Of a DNA stretch of 32,000 bases, positions 16,760 to 25,539 are shown in pieces (position 1 is the first letter of the stretch; each line of letters starts with the position of its first letter). The DNA is from Saccharolobus solfataricus (lineage in GTDB: Archaea; Thermoproteota; Thermoprotei_A; Sulfolobales; Sulfolobaceae). The notes under the pieces are model-generated. The model was not told the DNA's origin, did not search any database, and worked only from the letters and a program-made list of their open reading frames with translations. The translations under genes and the position numbers were made by a program. The stretch spans positions 2,550,001-2,582,000 of the forward strand of contig NZ_LT549890.1 in NCBI RefSeq assembly GCF_900079115.1. The letters run 5' to 3'.

Positions 16760-17512
16760 TTATGCTATATTTATGTACGCATACATAAGGTCTCTTTCAG
16801 TAACTATTCCTACCAATTTTTGATTTTCCATAACTAGTAGTGTACCTATTCTCTTTTCTATCATTAATTTAGCCGCATTCAGTATACTATAATATCTGTT
16901 TATAGTTATTGGATTTTTAGTTCCAGCATCTAGAACTTTTCCTATATTTTTATTTTTAGCTAGATATTTGACTATATCAGCTGCAGTAATTATACCAACG
17001 AGCCTGTTATCTTTGCTAAACACTGGCAGTCTCCTCACGTTATTCATCACCATTAGTTTGGCAGCATCCATTATTGTGTTCTCCTCACCTATGGATATTA
17101 TGTTACTTGACATTACGGAATCTACTAATCCAGAGAACATTGAGGACGCTATCAGTTTCAAAATCTCTCTTTCGGTAAAAATACCCACGATAACGTTATT
17201 ATCAACTACTGGAATTCCTCCAATATTGTTCATTAACATTATCCTAACTACATGATTGACATCATCATTAGGCGAGACAATAACTAAATCTTTACTCATT
17301 ATATCCTTTACCTTTAAATCATATATATTAGTCCCATATTCGCTGAAAGAAGCAACAACATCCCTAGTAGAAACAATTCCAATAGGCTTTTCCTCCTTTA
17401 AAACAACAATTCTACCAGATGGATTATTGGAAAGTATATCGATAGCCTCCTTTAAGGAGGATTCTGGGAAAATAGTTATTACAATAGGGTTAGCTATATC
17501 AATCACTTTCAT
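16760..17512 (-). CDS. CBS-domain protein (four CBS repeats, two Bateman modules)
   Basis: 250 aa. The CBS pattern (...IMS.d..tv.p...v.....M....i..lPVv....l.GIvT..Di...) repeats four times. Confidence 0.85.
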   Translation of the reverse strand: MKVIDIANPIVITIFPESSLKEAIDILSNNPSGRIVVLKEEKPIGIVSTRDVVASFSEYGTNIYDLKVKDIMSKDLVIVSPNDDVNHVVRIMLMNNIGGIPVVDNNVIVGIFTEREILKLIASSMFSGLVDSVMSSNIISIGEENTIMDAAKLMVMNNVRRLPVFSKDNRLVGIITAADIVKYLAKNKNIGKVLDAGTKNPITINRYYSILNAAKLMIEKRIGTLLVMENQKLVGIVTERDLMYAYINIA

Positions 17513-17545
17513 ATGTAATATATTGTCATGATAGTTAAAAAACTT

Positions 17546-18079
17546 TCAAATAACAACTCTTGTGCTTTTCCCTACCTTCTCCACATTTCTCAATAATTCC
17601 CTATAATCGCTTACAAAGGTAAAATTGTGCAATTTCATGTTTATCTCATAATAACCCTCTCTATCCTTAGCCTTGATCATCAGCCTATCGTTCCTATAAC
17701 TTACACTATAGTAGAGTGAGCTTGAGGACAACGTTACTTCACTATCCCCATATTTTGAAATTGGGTTTTCTACTAAAATAATAGATCTTATTTCAAAAAG
17801 TGTTTTCGATAATATTAGTTCCACAAAGCCTTCGATGTCCTCCTTTTCAGAAACGAATATTGCTATGGAACTAGTAGCTGAGAGAAACGGATCATTTCTC
17901 AACGCGTAATCCAAATTCTCGAATAAGTGAATGCTATTTAAGCCGTCTAATGGGAAGTTCCACAACTCCTCATAACTAGCCATATAAGGTCTTCCATTAA
18001 CTATAGCCCTTATTTTGAAATTATATGATGAGCATACAACATTAGCTGGTATCCTTTTCCTATCGTCAAGACAGTACAT
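17546..18079 (-). CDS. hypothetical protein
   Basis: 177 aa with an ATG start. Lies 33 nt upstream of and co-oriented with the CBS gene. No recognisable motifs. Confidence 0.55.
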   Translation of the reverse strand: MYCLDDRKRIPANVVCSSYNFKIRAIVNGRPYMASYEELWNFPLDGLNSIHLFENLDYALRNDPFLSATSSIAIFVSEKEDIEGFVELILSKTLFEIRSIILVENPISKYGDSEVTLSSSSLYYSVSYRNDRLMIKAKDREGYYEINMKLHNFTFVSDYRELLRNVEKVGKSTRVVI

Positions 18080-18186
18080 CTTTAATCATAATATTTCTTA
18101 TCTACTTATATCTTAAATAATGATTATAGTCTAGTTGCCTTATTTAGATAATGACTTATATAGCTGTTTAACCTTTCTTGTTAGTT

Positions 18187-19923
18187 ATGAAAACACTTGG
18201 ATTCATCTCAAATCAGATAACATCAGCCCTAATTGATTTATCTTCAATTGTTTGGTTTCCAGTTCCTAAGTTCGACTCCCCGTCAGTGTTCACTAGGTTG
18301 TTAGATGAAGATGGAGGAGAGTTTTCTATATTACCAGAAGGACAAGAAATAATAGCTGTTAAACAAGAATATGTTTATCCATTAGTATTAATGACTGCCA
18401 TACGTACTAAACAAGGCGAAATAAGTATTACTGATCTCATACCATTGGGTGAAACAGTAATTATAAGAAAGGTTGAATCGGAAATTCCTTTTAAGGTCGT
18501 GTTTAAACCTAGATTCTATTATTCTCTATACAAGCCCATAATCGATGGTAATAGATTTGTAAATCCAAGAGGAAGGGATTGTATGGCGTTTCTTTACGAC
18601 TTTTCGGGCGAGGTCAAAAGATCTGGAAATTATGTTTGGAATTTTAGTAATGGGAAAGGATATTTAATAGCCAACTATGCCTCTGACGTTAAACATGGGG
18701 TTTTCAGTGAAAGGGGTTCAACGTTAAATGCCATATATGAAAGATCGTTTGAAAATACGATAAACTATTGGAAAAGTATTGATGTGAAAGACGCTAAATC
18801 ATTTAATGACCTTTATAAGGCATCCATATATACAATGCTAGGCTCTATTTATGCGCCTTCTGGAGGAGTAATTGCAGCTCCTACAACTTCTTTACCAGAA
18901 GTTGAAGGTGGAAAGAGAAATTGGGATTATAGATTTGCATGGGTAAGAGATTCTTCGATCATAGCTGAAGCCTTGTTAGAAGCTGGATCCATTGTAGAAG
19001 CTAGAAGAATAATAAACTTCTTACTTTCGCTCATAAATTTCTCGTCAAAGCCATTTTACTATCCCCTATATACGATAGAGGGCACAATTCCTCCCCCTGA
19101 GAGGGAATTACGATGGCTATCTGGATACAAGAACTCTAAACCAGTAAGAATAGGAAACGGAGCTTCTTCTCAGATTCAATTAGATATTGAAGGATTTTTC
19201 ATTTCGGCTCTTTATAAATATGTAAAGATGACTAATGATCAAGTGTTTCTGAAAGACGTTTTTAGTAAAGTGAAGTACATTGGGGATTGGATATCAGAGA
19301 ATTGGAGCTTAAAAGATTCTGGTATTTGGGAGGATAGGGGGAGTCCTCAACACTATACTCACTCTAAAATTATGATGTGGATAGCACTAGATAAAATAGG
19401 GAAACTAGCAAACTTAATCGGATATGCGGACATTTGGGCTAAAGAGAGGGAAAAGCTTAGAAACTGGATATTCACTAACTGTGTAAAGAACAATTATTTT
19501 ATCAGATATTGTGGGAATACTGATGACGTAGATTCATCATTATTATCAGCACCATTGTATGGGTTCATTGAAGTTAGTGATAGTACATTTATTAATACAC
19601 TAACGAAAATCGAAAACGATCTAAAAACCGACGTATTTGTGAAAAGATACAAAACTGATTTCATGGGAGAAGCTAAACACCCATTTTTGTTGACTACAGT
19701 GTGGCTTGCTAGAGTTTATATGAGATTAGGAAAAATAGATAGTGCTATAGAAATCTTGAATAAGATCAATAAGGTTTCAAGAGAACTACATTTAGTAGGT
19801 GAACACGTTGATGTGGAAAAAGGGGAGTTTACGGGTAACTTTCCTCAGATTTTTGTTCATGCGCAATTGGTAATTGCAATAAAAGAGCTTAACGACACGT
19901 TAACTGATAAAAATATTATATAG
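18187..19923 (+). CDS. glycoside hydrolase family 15 (glucoamylase/trehalase-type), paralog 1
   Basis: About 578 aa from the ATG at 18187 (the track TTG at 18178 is 3 codons upstream). Carries the GH15 hallmark PSGGVIAAPTTSLPE...RNWDYRFAWVRD. The catalytic Glu contexts GIWEDRG and LVGEHVD are present. Confidence 0.85.
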   Translation: MKTLGFISNQITSALIDLSSIVWFPVPKFDSPSVFTRLLDEDGGEFSILPEGQEIIAVKQEYVYPLVLMTAIRTKQGEISITDLIPLGETVIIRKVESEIPFKVVFKPRFYYSLYKPIIDGNRFVNPRGRDCMAFLYDFSGEVKRSGNYVWNFSNGKGYLIANYASDVKHGVFSERGSTLNAIYERSFENTINYWKSIDVKDAKSFNDLYKASIYTMLGSIYAPSGGVIAAPTTSLPEVEGGKRNWDYRFAWVRDSSIIAEALLEAGSIVEARRIINFLLSLINFSSKPFYYPLYTIEGTIPPPERELRWLSGYKNSKPVRIGNGASSQIQLDIEGFFISALYKYVKMTNDQVFLKDVFSKVKYIGDWISENWSLKDSGIWEDRGSPQHYTHSKIMMWIALDKIGKLANLIGYADIWAKEREKLRNWIFTNCVKNNYFIRYCGNTDDVDSSLLSAPLYGFIEVSDSTFINTLTKIENDLKTDVFVKRYKTDFMGEAKHPFLLTTVWLARVYMRLGKIDSAIEILNKINKVSRELHLVGEHVDVEKGEFTGNFPQIFVHAQLVIAIKELNDTLTDKNII

Positions 19924-19945
19924 ATAAGAGAGTAAGATTAAATTA

Positions 19946-21139
19946 GTGATAAGGCCAGAGTTATGCATAAGATGTAGAGGGGCAAAGTATCTTTGCGGTC
20001 TTTCATACTGTCCAATCATAGTTAATACTAAAACGGTAAGAGTAAATTTCAAGGAGGTATATGGTTCTTCCCCACCATCCGTCTTTGTAGGTAGATTTAG
20101 TTATCCCAAAATTACAGTTTATCCCTCTGCCCCACCAATTTTAGGGGATACGAGTAAGTTTGAAGATTCCAAATATTGGCTCAATGCTGACTTAAGTGAG
20201 TTCTTATCAATGAGGCTTTCCTTAGTGAGAGGTGGTGTCAAATATCACAAAGATGATGCAAGACTACCAGATAGGTTTTTACTAGATATTCAGAGTATAA
20301 CAATATCATCGAGACCAGTTGAATTGGATTTAAGGCTGAAGAGAATACCTTCTGGAGGTATTTTAGATGAAAGTCTGCCACCTCTAGGTCCTTCAGCACC
20401 ATTGGAAAAGCTTGAGATAGCCACATTGCCTCCTCCCTTAGCAGTAGTAGAGAAGGTTTATGTTGATAACGATATGAGGGCAAAAGATGGTATAATGAAA
20501 TTATATAATGCAGGGATTGACGTAGAAAAAATATCCAGGATATTAAGTATTGGTGGAATTGGAAAGGAAAGAAAATTAGTACCTACTAGATGGAGTATAA
20601 CAGCAGTGGATAAGGCTATTTCCGATACTCTAATTGAGAATATAAAGAATTATGACACGATAGACAAGGTTGAAGTTTATTTCAGAAAATATAATAAGAA
20701 TCTTTTCATCGCAATTCTTCTTCCTAGAGATTGGAGCTTTGAATGGGGAGAAGCCTGGTATCCTGGAAGTACCTGGAATAAGTTTGGCAACTATGTTGAT
20801 ATAGAAGTGGATAACGAAAGGTATCATGGTAGATCTGATTATCCAGAAATAGGCGGTTGTTATTATGCTTCTAGATTAGGTGTGACGGAATTCTTGGCAA
20901 GCAGAAAGAGACAAGCCACTGCAATATTATGGAGGGAGATATATGAAGGATTTAACTTGCCAGTAGGTGTTTGGTTTGTTAGGGAAAACGTTAAGGAAAT
21001 GTTTAAAGGTAAGCCAGTAGTATTTGACGACATAAGTACTGCCTTAAATTTCGTTAAAAGATTATTAAGATCTGATTTAAAGCAGTGGTTAAGTAAGTCA
21101 TTACTCTCCTTTAATACCATTGATAAGTGGTTAAAATGA
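19946..21139 (+). CDS. nreA: archaeal Nre-family DNA repair protein
   Basis: 397 aa with a GTG start. The N-terminal Cys cluster CIRCRGAKYLCGLSYCP is typical of Nre N-domains. The extreme C-terminus FNTIDKWLK fits a PCNA-interacting (PIP-like) xxxIxxWL tail. Confidence 0.65.
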   Translation: MIRPELCIRCRGAKYLCGLSYCPIIVNTKTVRVNFKEVYGSSPPSVFVGRFSYPKITVYPSAPPILGDTSKFEDSKYWLNADLSEFLSMRLSLVRGGVKYHKDDARLPDRFLLDIQSITISSRPVELDLRLKRIPSGGILDESLPPLGPSAPLEKLEIATLPPPLAVVEKVYVDNDMRAKDGIMKLYNAGIDVEKISRILSIGGIGKERKLVPTRWSITAVDKAISDTLIENIKNYDTIDKVEVYFRKYNKNLFIAILLPRDWSFEWGEAWYPGSTWNKFGNYVDIEVDNERYHGRSDYPEIGGCYYASRLGVTEFLASRKRQATAILWREIYEGFNLPVGVWFVRENVKEMFKGKPVVFDDISTALNFVKRLLRSDLKQWLSKSLLSFNTIDKWLK

Positions 21140-21912
21140 TTGTAAAGTCCATTAGGGTGAAATCTGCTTTAAGTAAATCTGGATTGAAAGAGTTAAACTA
21201 TAGTCTAAATCCTTATTTAGGTTGTGTATTTTCTTGCCCCTATTGTTATGCCCCCAATTTCACTCCAGATAGGGAGGCTTCAGAAAATTGGGGGAAAGTT
21301 GTAGCCGTTAAGGAGAACTTGCTTGAGGTTTTAGAGAGAGAAGTGAAAATCTATAAGAGGGGAGTAGTTGGGATATCTACAATAACTGATGCTTATCAAC
21401 CGATAGAGGCTTTAAGAAAGCTTACTAGGGAAAGCCTAAAGATATTATTAAAGAATGGTTTCAGAGTTTCAATTCAGACTAAGTCACCCTTAGTTTTAAG
21501 GGATATTGACGTACTCTTAGAATACAAGGATAGAGTTGATGTTGGATTTACAGTTACTAGTTTAAATAATAAGTTAGAACCTAACGCACCTCCAGCTAAA
21601 GGTAGATTAAGAGCCTTAGAGGAACTCAGTAATGAAGGGCTGGAAACTTGGATTTTCCTAGGACCTATTATTCAAGGTGTAAATGATACTGAGGTAGAGA
21701 ATATAATTCGTGAAATTTCAAATATCAAAGCAAGGGTAATTTTCGATAGTTTTCATTACTATAGGGGGTTAAAATTTAAGGAGGGTTCTATACATTGGTG
21801 GGTTAATTTGAAGAATAAAATATTAGAGAATTGTAAGAGGTACAGTATAGAGTGCCATGAACAAAGTGAGGACTGGATTTATGAAAAAAAGAGATATTAT
21901 AAAACCTTTTAG
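21136..21912 (+). CDS. radical SAM protein, SplB-like ('DNA repair photolyase' COG group)
   Basis: Contains the CxxxCxxC motif CVFSCPYC. The ATG at 21136 overlaps the nreA TGA (ATGA at 21136-21139). The track's GTG at 21127 lies 3 codons upstream and is less likely. Confidence 0.75.
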   Translation: MIVKSIRVKSALSKSGLKELNYSLNPYLGCVFSCPYCYAPNFTPDREASENWGKVVAVKENLLEVLEREVKIYKRGVVGISTITDAYQPIEALRKLTRESLKILLKNGFRVSIQTKSPLVLRDIDVLLEYKDRVDVGFTVTSLNNKLEPNAPPAKGRLRALEELSNEGLETWIFLGPIIQGVNDTEVENIIREISNIKARVIFDSFHYYRGLKFKEGSIHWWVNLKNKILENCKRYSIECHEQSEDWIYEKKRYYKTF

Positions 21913-21914
21913 CC

Positions 21915-22253
21915 TTATATTCCGGCTACTTCTCTTAATGTTTTGAATATTTGATTGAAATCTGCCTCAGCAAGTTTAACAAACACTCCATAATTTCCCA
22001 TTACGCATACTGCATACTCTCCTGCAGCTACAGCCCACCCTAAAAACGGAGTCCATCTCATTCCAGAAATTTTCGTGAAAGACTCTGCTTCCACAGTTCC
22101 CATTAAAGTGTTAGCTGCCACCATCTTTGCTACCATCTCAGCAATCTCTTTAGACATCGGTCCCTTATACTCTACAAGTTTCCCATCCGGTGTATATTGT
22201 CCAGCTGCTATTGCTCCTTTTAATTGCATTAGTTTATCGAGCTTTTCACTCAT
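21915..22253 (-). CDS. DUF2173-like small protein (roadblock/LC7-type fold suspected)
   Basis: 112 aa. The pattern KGAIAAGQYTPDGKLVEYKG...MVAANTLMG...SGMRWTPFLGWAVAAGEYAVCVMGNYGVFV matches my recollection of the DUF2173 family. This was not verified by search. Confidence 0.5.
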   Translation of the reverse strand: MSEKLDKLMQLKGAIAAGQYTPDGKLVEYKGPMSKEIAEMVAKMVAANTLMGTVEAESFTKISGMRWTPFLGWAVAAGEYAVCVMGNYGVFVKLAEADFNQIFKTLREVAGI

Positions 22254-22460
22254 TTTTTATACCTCTACTAAATATTAGATAAATCATTTTAATAAATTTT
22301 ATGATTAAACATTATAAAAAATCATAATATATCAAGTTTTATCTTATTTATTTTCTCTAGGGTTTAACTAAATAGCATATGAAGTCGTCCTAAAAGTCAC
22401 ATCGATAAAATATCATAAAGTTTAAATATTAGTTTATTTTTACTAAAAATTAAGATAAAA

Positions 22461-23714
22461 TCATCCTTCCTCTAGATATCTAAATATCCACGAAGCAAAT
22501 AAGAGTATTATCCCCGCTGTTATAAAATCTATACCGTAGCTGATATAGTGCGTGATATAACCTGACAAAAGCGATCCTAGAAATAACGATATCCCTACTA
22601 CAGTACTGTAAACTCCGAGCCCAGTTCCTTGTCTCCTCTCCCCAACAATTTTGAATATTAAGGTAGTAGATGAGGAGTAGAAAATTGCATAGGCAATTCC
22701 AGCTGCCAACGGATAAAATATTAACCCAGATATAAATATTGGTATACCTAAAAATAATTGAGCAAATATACCAAGTACAACATAAGATACTCCTCTTAGG
22801 ATAAGTGAAATGTGTGCTAATCCTTTTTCATCTTTACTTTCAAGTAGCATTGAGGATATTCTAAATCCTAAAATTTGAAATACCATACCGACGCTTATTA
22901 CAGCCAACACCTCAGATTTATTTAACCCTTTCACGTACAAGCCAGCTGGATAAACTGTATTGAATATTCCACTACTTATGTAAAATAACACTATTCCTAG
23001 ATACAGTAAAGGAACGTAATTAATGGGTTTCCTAAATAATCTAGTCATGGAGAACATTTTGAAGTGATGAATATTAGGTAAATGAAGGAACATCATTGGC
23101 AAGTGTCTCATTCTAGTTAAAAATGACTCTTTATGGTGTATGATAGCAGTCCTTTCAAAAGTAATTATAGGTTTAGGTAGTATCTTTATGCTTGCTATTA
23201 ACGTAGCTAATACTGAAAATCCCAATATTTCCTCTATTTGGTCAATTCTTAAGAGAATTACCAGAAAAGTCGAAATAACTAATCCCAGCAAGACACCTAT
23301 GGAGGAGAATAAGGAGAACCTTGAGAAAAGAGAACCCCAGTGTTTTTTCTCAACGGACTCCATTATTAATAAATTGAACGGTGTAGCTGACGCAGTACTC
23401 ATAAATGTGATTAAAGCGTAGTTTAAGGTGACTAGTGAGATACTGTTCATGAATGGCATAAAGACAAGTGGGATTGAAACCCCAGCTAGGCTTAACAATA
23501 TTTGTTTCTTTCTATCCATCCTGTCAGCCATAAATCCCCATAATATTGAAGCTGGAATTAGAACAGCGTTACTTAGGGATATGGCGTATGCTACGTTAAT
23601 CGCATTTCCTCCAAGCGAGAGAATCTGTAACGTTACTAATGTTGACAATGGTCCCGTTGAAGCGTTATAGGGTATTATTAGATACATCCATCTGGTATCC
23701 TTATACTTAATCAT
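22461..23714 (-). CDS. major facilitator superfamily transporter
   Basis: About 417 aa from the ATG at 23714 (the track TTG at 23732 is 6 codons upstream). Many hydrophobic helices. An MFS loop-like motif, GFMADRMDRKK, follows the second hydrophobic segment. Confidence 0.75.
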   Translation of the reverse strand: MIKYKDTRWMYLIIPYNASTGPLSTLVTLQILSLGGNAINVAYAISLSNAVLIPASILWGFMADRMDRKKQILLSLAGVSIPLVFMPFMNSISLVTLNYALITFMSTASATPFNLLIMESVEKKHWGSLFSRFSLFSSIGVLLGLVISTFLVILLRIDQIEEILGFSVLATLIASIKILPKPIITFERTAIIHHKESFLTRMRHLPMMFLHLPNIHHFKMFSMTRLFRKPINYVPLLYLGIVLFYISSGIFNTVYPAGLYVKGLNKSEVLAVISVGMVFQILGFRISSMLLESKDEKGLAHISLILRGVSYVVLGIFAQLFLGIPIFISGLIFYPLAAGIAYAIFYSSSTTLIFKIVGERRQGTGLGVYSTVVGISLFLGSLLSGYITHYISYGIDFITAGIILLFASWIFRYLEEG

Positions 23715-23869
23715 TACTTGTTTTAGCCACAATGTAATGTTTAAAAATTTTATTGTAAAGTTTAACGAGCAATATATCCTTGGTTAAGTTTAAATTTTTT
23801 AAATATAGGAAACAAGAGAATGCTCAGAGACAGAAAATAAATTTAATCCCAGTCCGAATGTGAAAGTGT

Positions 23870-24658
23870 ATGAAAATAAAAAAGGGAGATACTGAAGCTG
23901 AAATTTTAACAAAAGGTGCCTATCTTTATTCGTTTAAAATTGGAAATAGGGACATGATATTAAGAGGAGATTTGGAGAGACCTACAAGGGGTGGTATGGC
24001 AATCCTAATACCATTTGCAAATAGAGTGAAAAATGCCGAATATGTATTTGAAGGAGTAAAATACACTTTACCTCAAAATAGAGAGGGAAACGCAATACAT
24101 GGATTAGTCATGGACAAGGAGTTCAACGTTATAGGAAAAAGTGAGGATAGTATCAGCTTGCAATATATTCTAGAACATGAAGGATATCCTTCCAAGCTCG
24201 ATTGTGTTATAACCTACAAGGTTTTCAAATACGGACTTAGGATAAAGATAGTTGTAAGAAACGTAGGAAATAAAAGAGCACCATTAACGGTTGGTGCACA
24301 TCCATACTTTATTACGGCAGATGATTGGAGAATAGTAGTGGAAAAGGAGGAAAGTATAAAGAAGTGCATAAGTTTCAATAAAATTCCTACTGGGGAATTG
24401 GTAAAGACTAAACTTGAACACACTGATTACGATGACTGTTTCTTGATAAGTGGAGGTATTCAGCTACATTCATCCTATTCAAAAGTGAGAATTACAAGAA
24501 GAAACATGCCATTTGTACAAATATATACTGGCGTAAGAGGCTCAATTGCGATAGAACCCATGAGCGGTGCCCCAGATGCATATCATAATGGTTTAGGACT
24601 TAAAATATTAGAACCAAATGAGAGCTCATATTTTGCGTTTGCGTTTCGTTTCCATTGA
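23870..24658 (+). CDS. aldose 1-epimerase (galactose mutarotase-like) family protein
   Basis: 262 aa. Motifs: GGMAILIPFANRV, YTLPQNREGNAIHG, VGAHPYF. Confidence 0.75.
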   Translation: MKIKKGDTEAEILTKGAYLYSFKIGNRDMILRGDLERPTRGGMAILIPFANRVKNAEYVFEGVKYTLPQNREGNAIHGLVMDKEFNVIGKSEDSISLQYILEHEGYPSKLDCVITYKVFKYGLRIKIVVRNVGNKRAPLTVGAHPYFITADDWRIVVEKEESIKKCISFNKIPTGELVKTKLEHTDYDDCFLISGGIQLHSSYSKVRITRRNMPFVQIYTGVRGSIAIEPMSGAPDAYHNGLGLKILEPNESSYFAFAFRFH

Positions 24659-24729
24659 ATATATTTATACATCGGTAATCTTCTATATAAATCAATAAGG
24701 TTTATATTTTAAAATTATATAGTAGATTT

Positions 24730-25539
24730 ATGCCCTATGCAGAAGAAATGGAAGTGAAAGCTAGTAGATCTCAATTACTGTCATTCTTTATAGACCCAGT
24801 GAGATTTGCTGGAATATTAGGTCACCTGATGATTGTGAATATATTTGATAAGGCCGAAAGTAAATTCGTAACAATGGGTAGTCTAAAAAAGCCTGAAAAT
24901 AAGTTCAAAGTTCTTTATTTAATCGGAGATCCAGAATCACGATTAATAACGTTTTCAGGTATAATGGAGGGACCTACACTTACGTTTAATACCATTACAT
25001 ATAAGGGAGAAGGAGATAATGGGAAATTAACGTGGAGGATAGATCTTATCTTAACAGAATTAGGTAAACTAACAAGAATGAAAGTTGCTGCAGATGTTAA
25101 GCAAAGCTATGGTTTTCTAGATAGAGTCAGAATAGGAGATTTTGATTTTGCAACGCATTTAGTAAAAGAGCATGTAATACCATTTGTTAAATTTTATTTT
25201 AAGCCCTCTATCTTGGAAGAAACTCCAGTCCTCAATGAGGTATTTAGATTTAGAGGGAGTGTTGAAGAGGTTATATTGAAATTAAGAGAGGTTATAGTAA
25301 ATATTAAACAAGGAGGTATAATTATTCTTGGAGATGATTATAATATAATAACATCCATAGTCAATGGAGAAGTCTCTCATGCTCAGATAAATAATATGGA
25401 TGTACCTGGAAGTGAGGTTTTTGCATATCTACTTAAGGCGAGCGGAAATGTAGAATTAATAGCCTATGATATTTCCTTAGATGACTTGATATTTAAGAAC
25501 TTAAAAAGAAGATTGGAGGAAGTGAAAGCTAAATCATGA
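24730..25539 (+). CDS. hypothetical protein (N-terminal half possibly SRPBCC/START-like)
   Basis: 269 aa with an ATG start and AT-rich TATA-like sequence upstream. The fold suggestion is weak and based on pattern only. Confidence 0.55.
   Translation: MPYAEEMEVKASRSQLLSFFIDPVRFAGILGHLMIVNIFDKAESKFVTMGSLKKPENKFKVLYLIGDPESRLITFSGIMEGPTLTFNTITYKGEGDNGKLTWRIDLILTELGKLTRMKVAADVKQSYGFLDRVRIGDFDFATHLVKEHVIPFVKFYFKPSILEETPVLNEVFRFRGSVEEVILKLREVIVNIKQGGIIILGDDYNIITSIVNGEVSHAQINNMDVPGSEVFAYLLKASGNVELIAYDISLDDLIFKNLKRRLEEVKAKS

Noticed and set aside
16968-17531. Two consecutive plus-strand ORFs (95 and 91 aa) that together span almost the whole CBS gene in antisense.
   Set aside because: It is striking that the antisense frame stays open for about 560 nt. 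However, the minus strand encodes four clean CBS repeats, and the antisense products are Ser/Thr/Ile/Leu low-complexity. This is most likely a codon-bias artefact.
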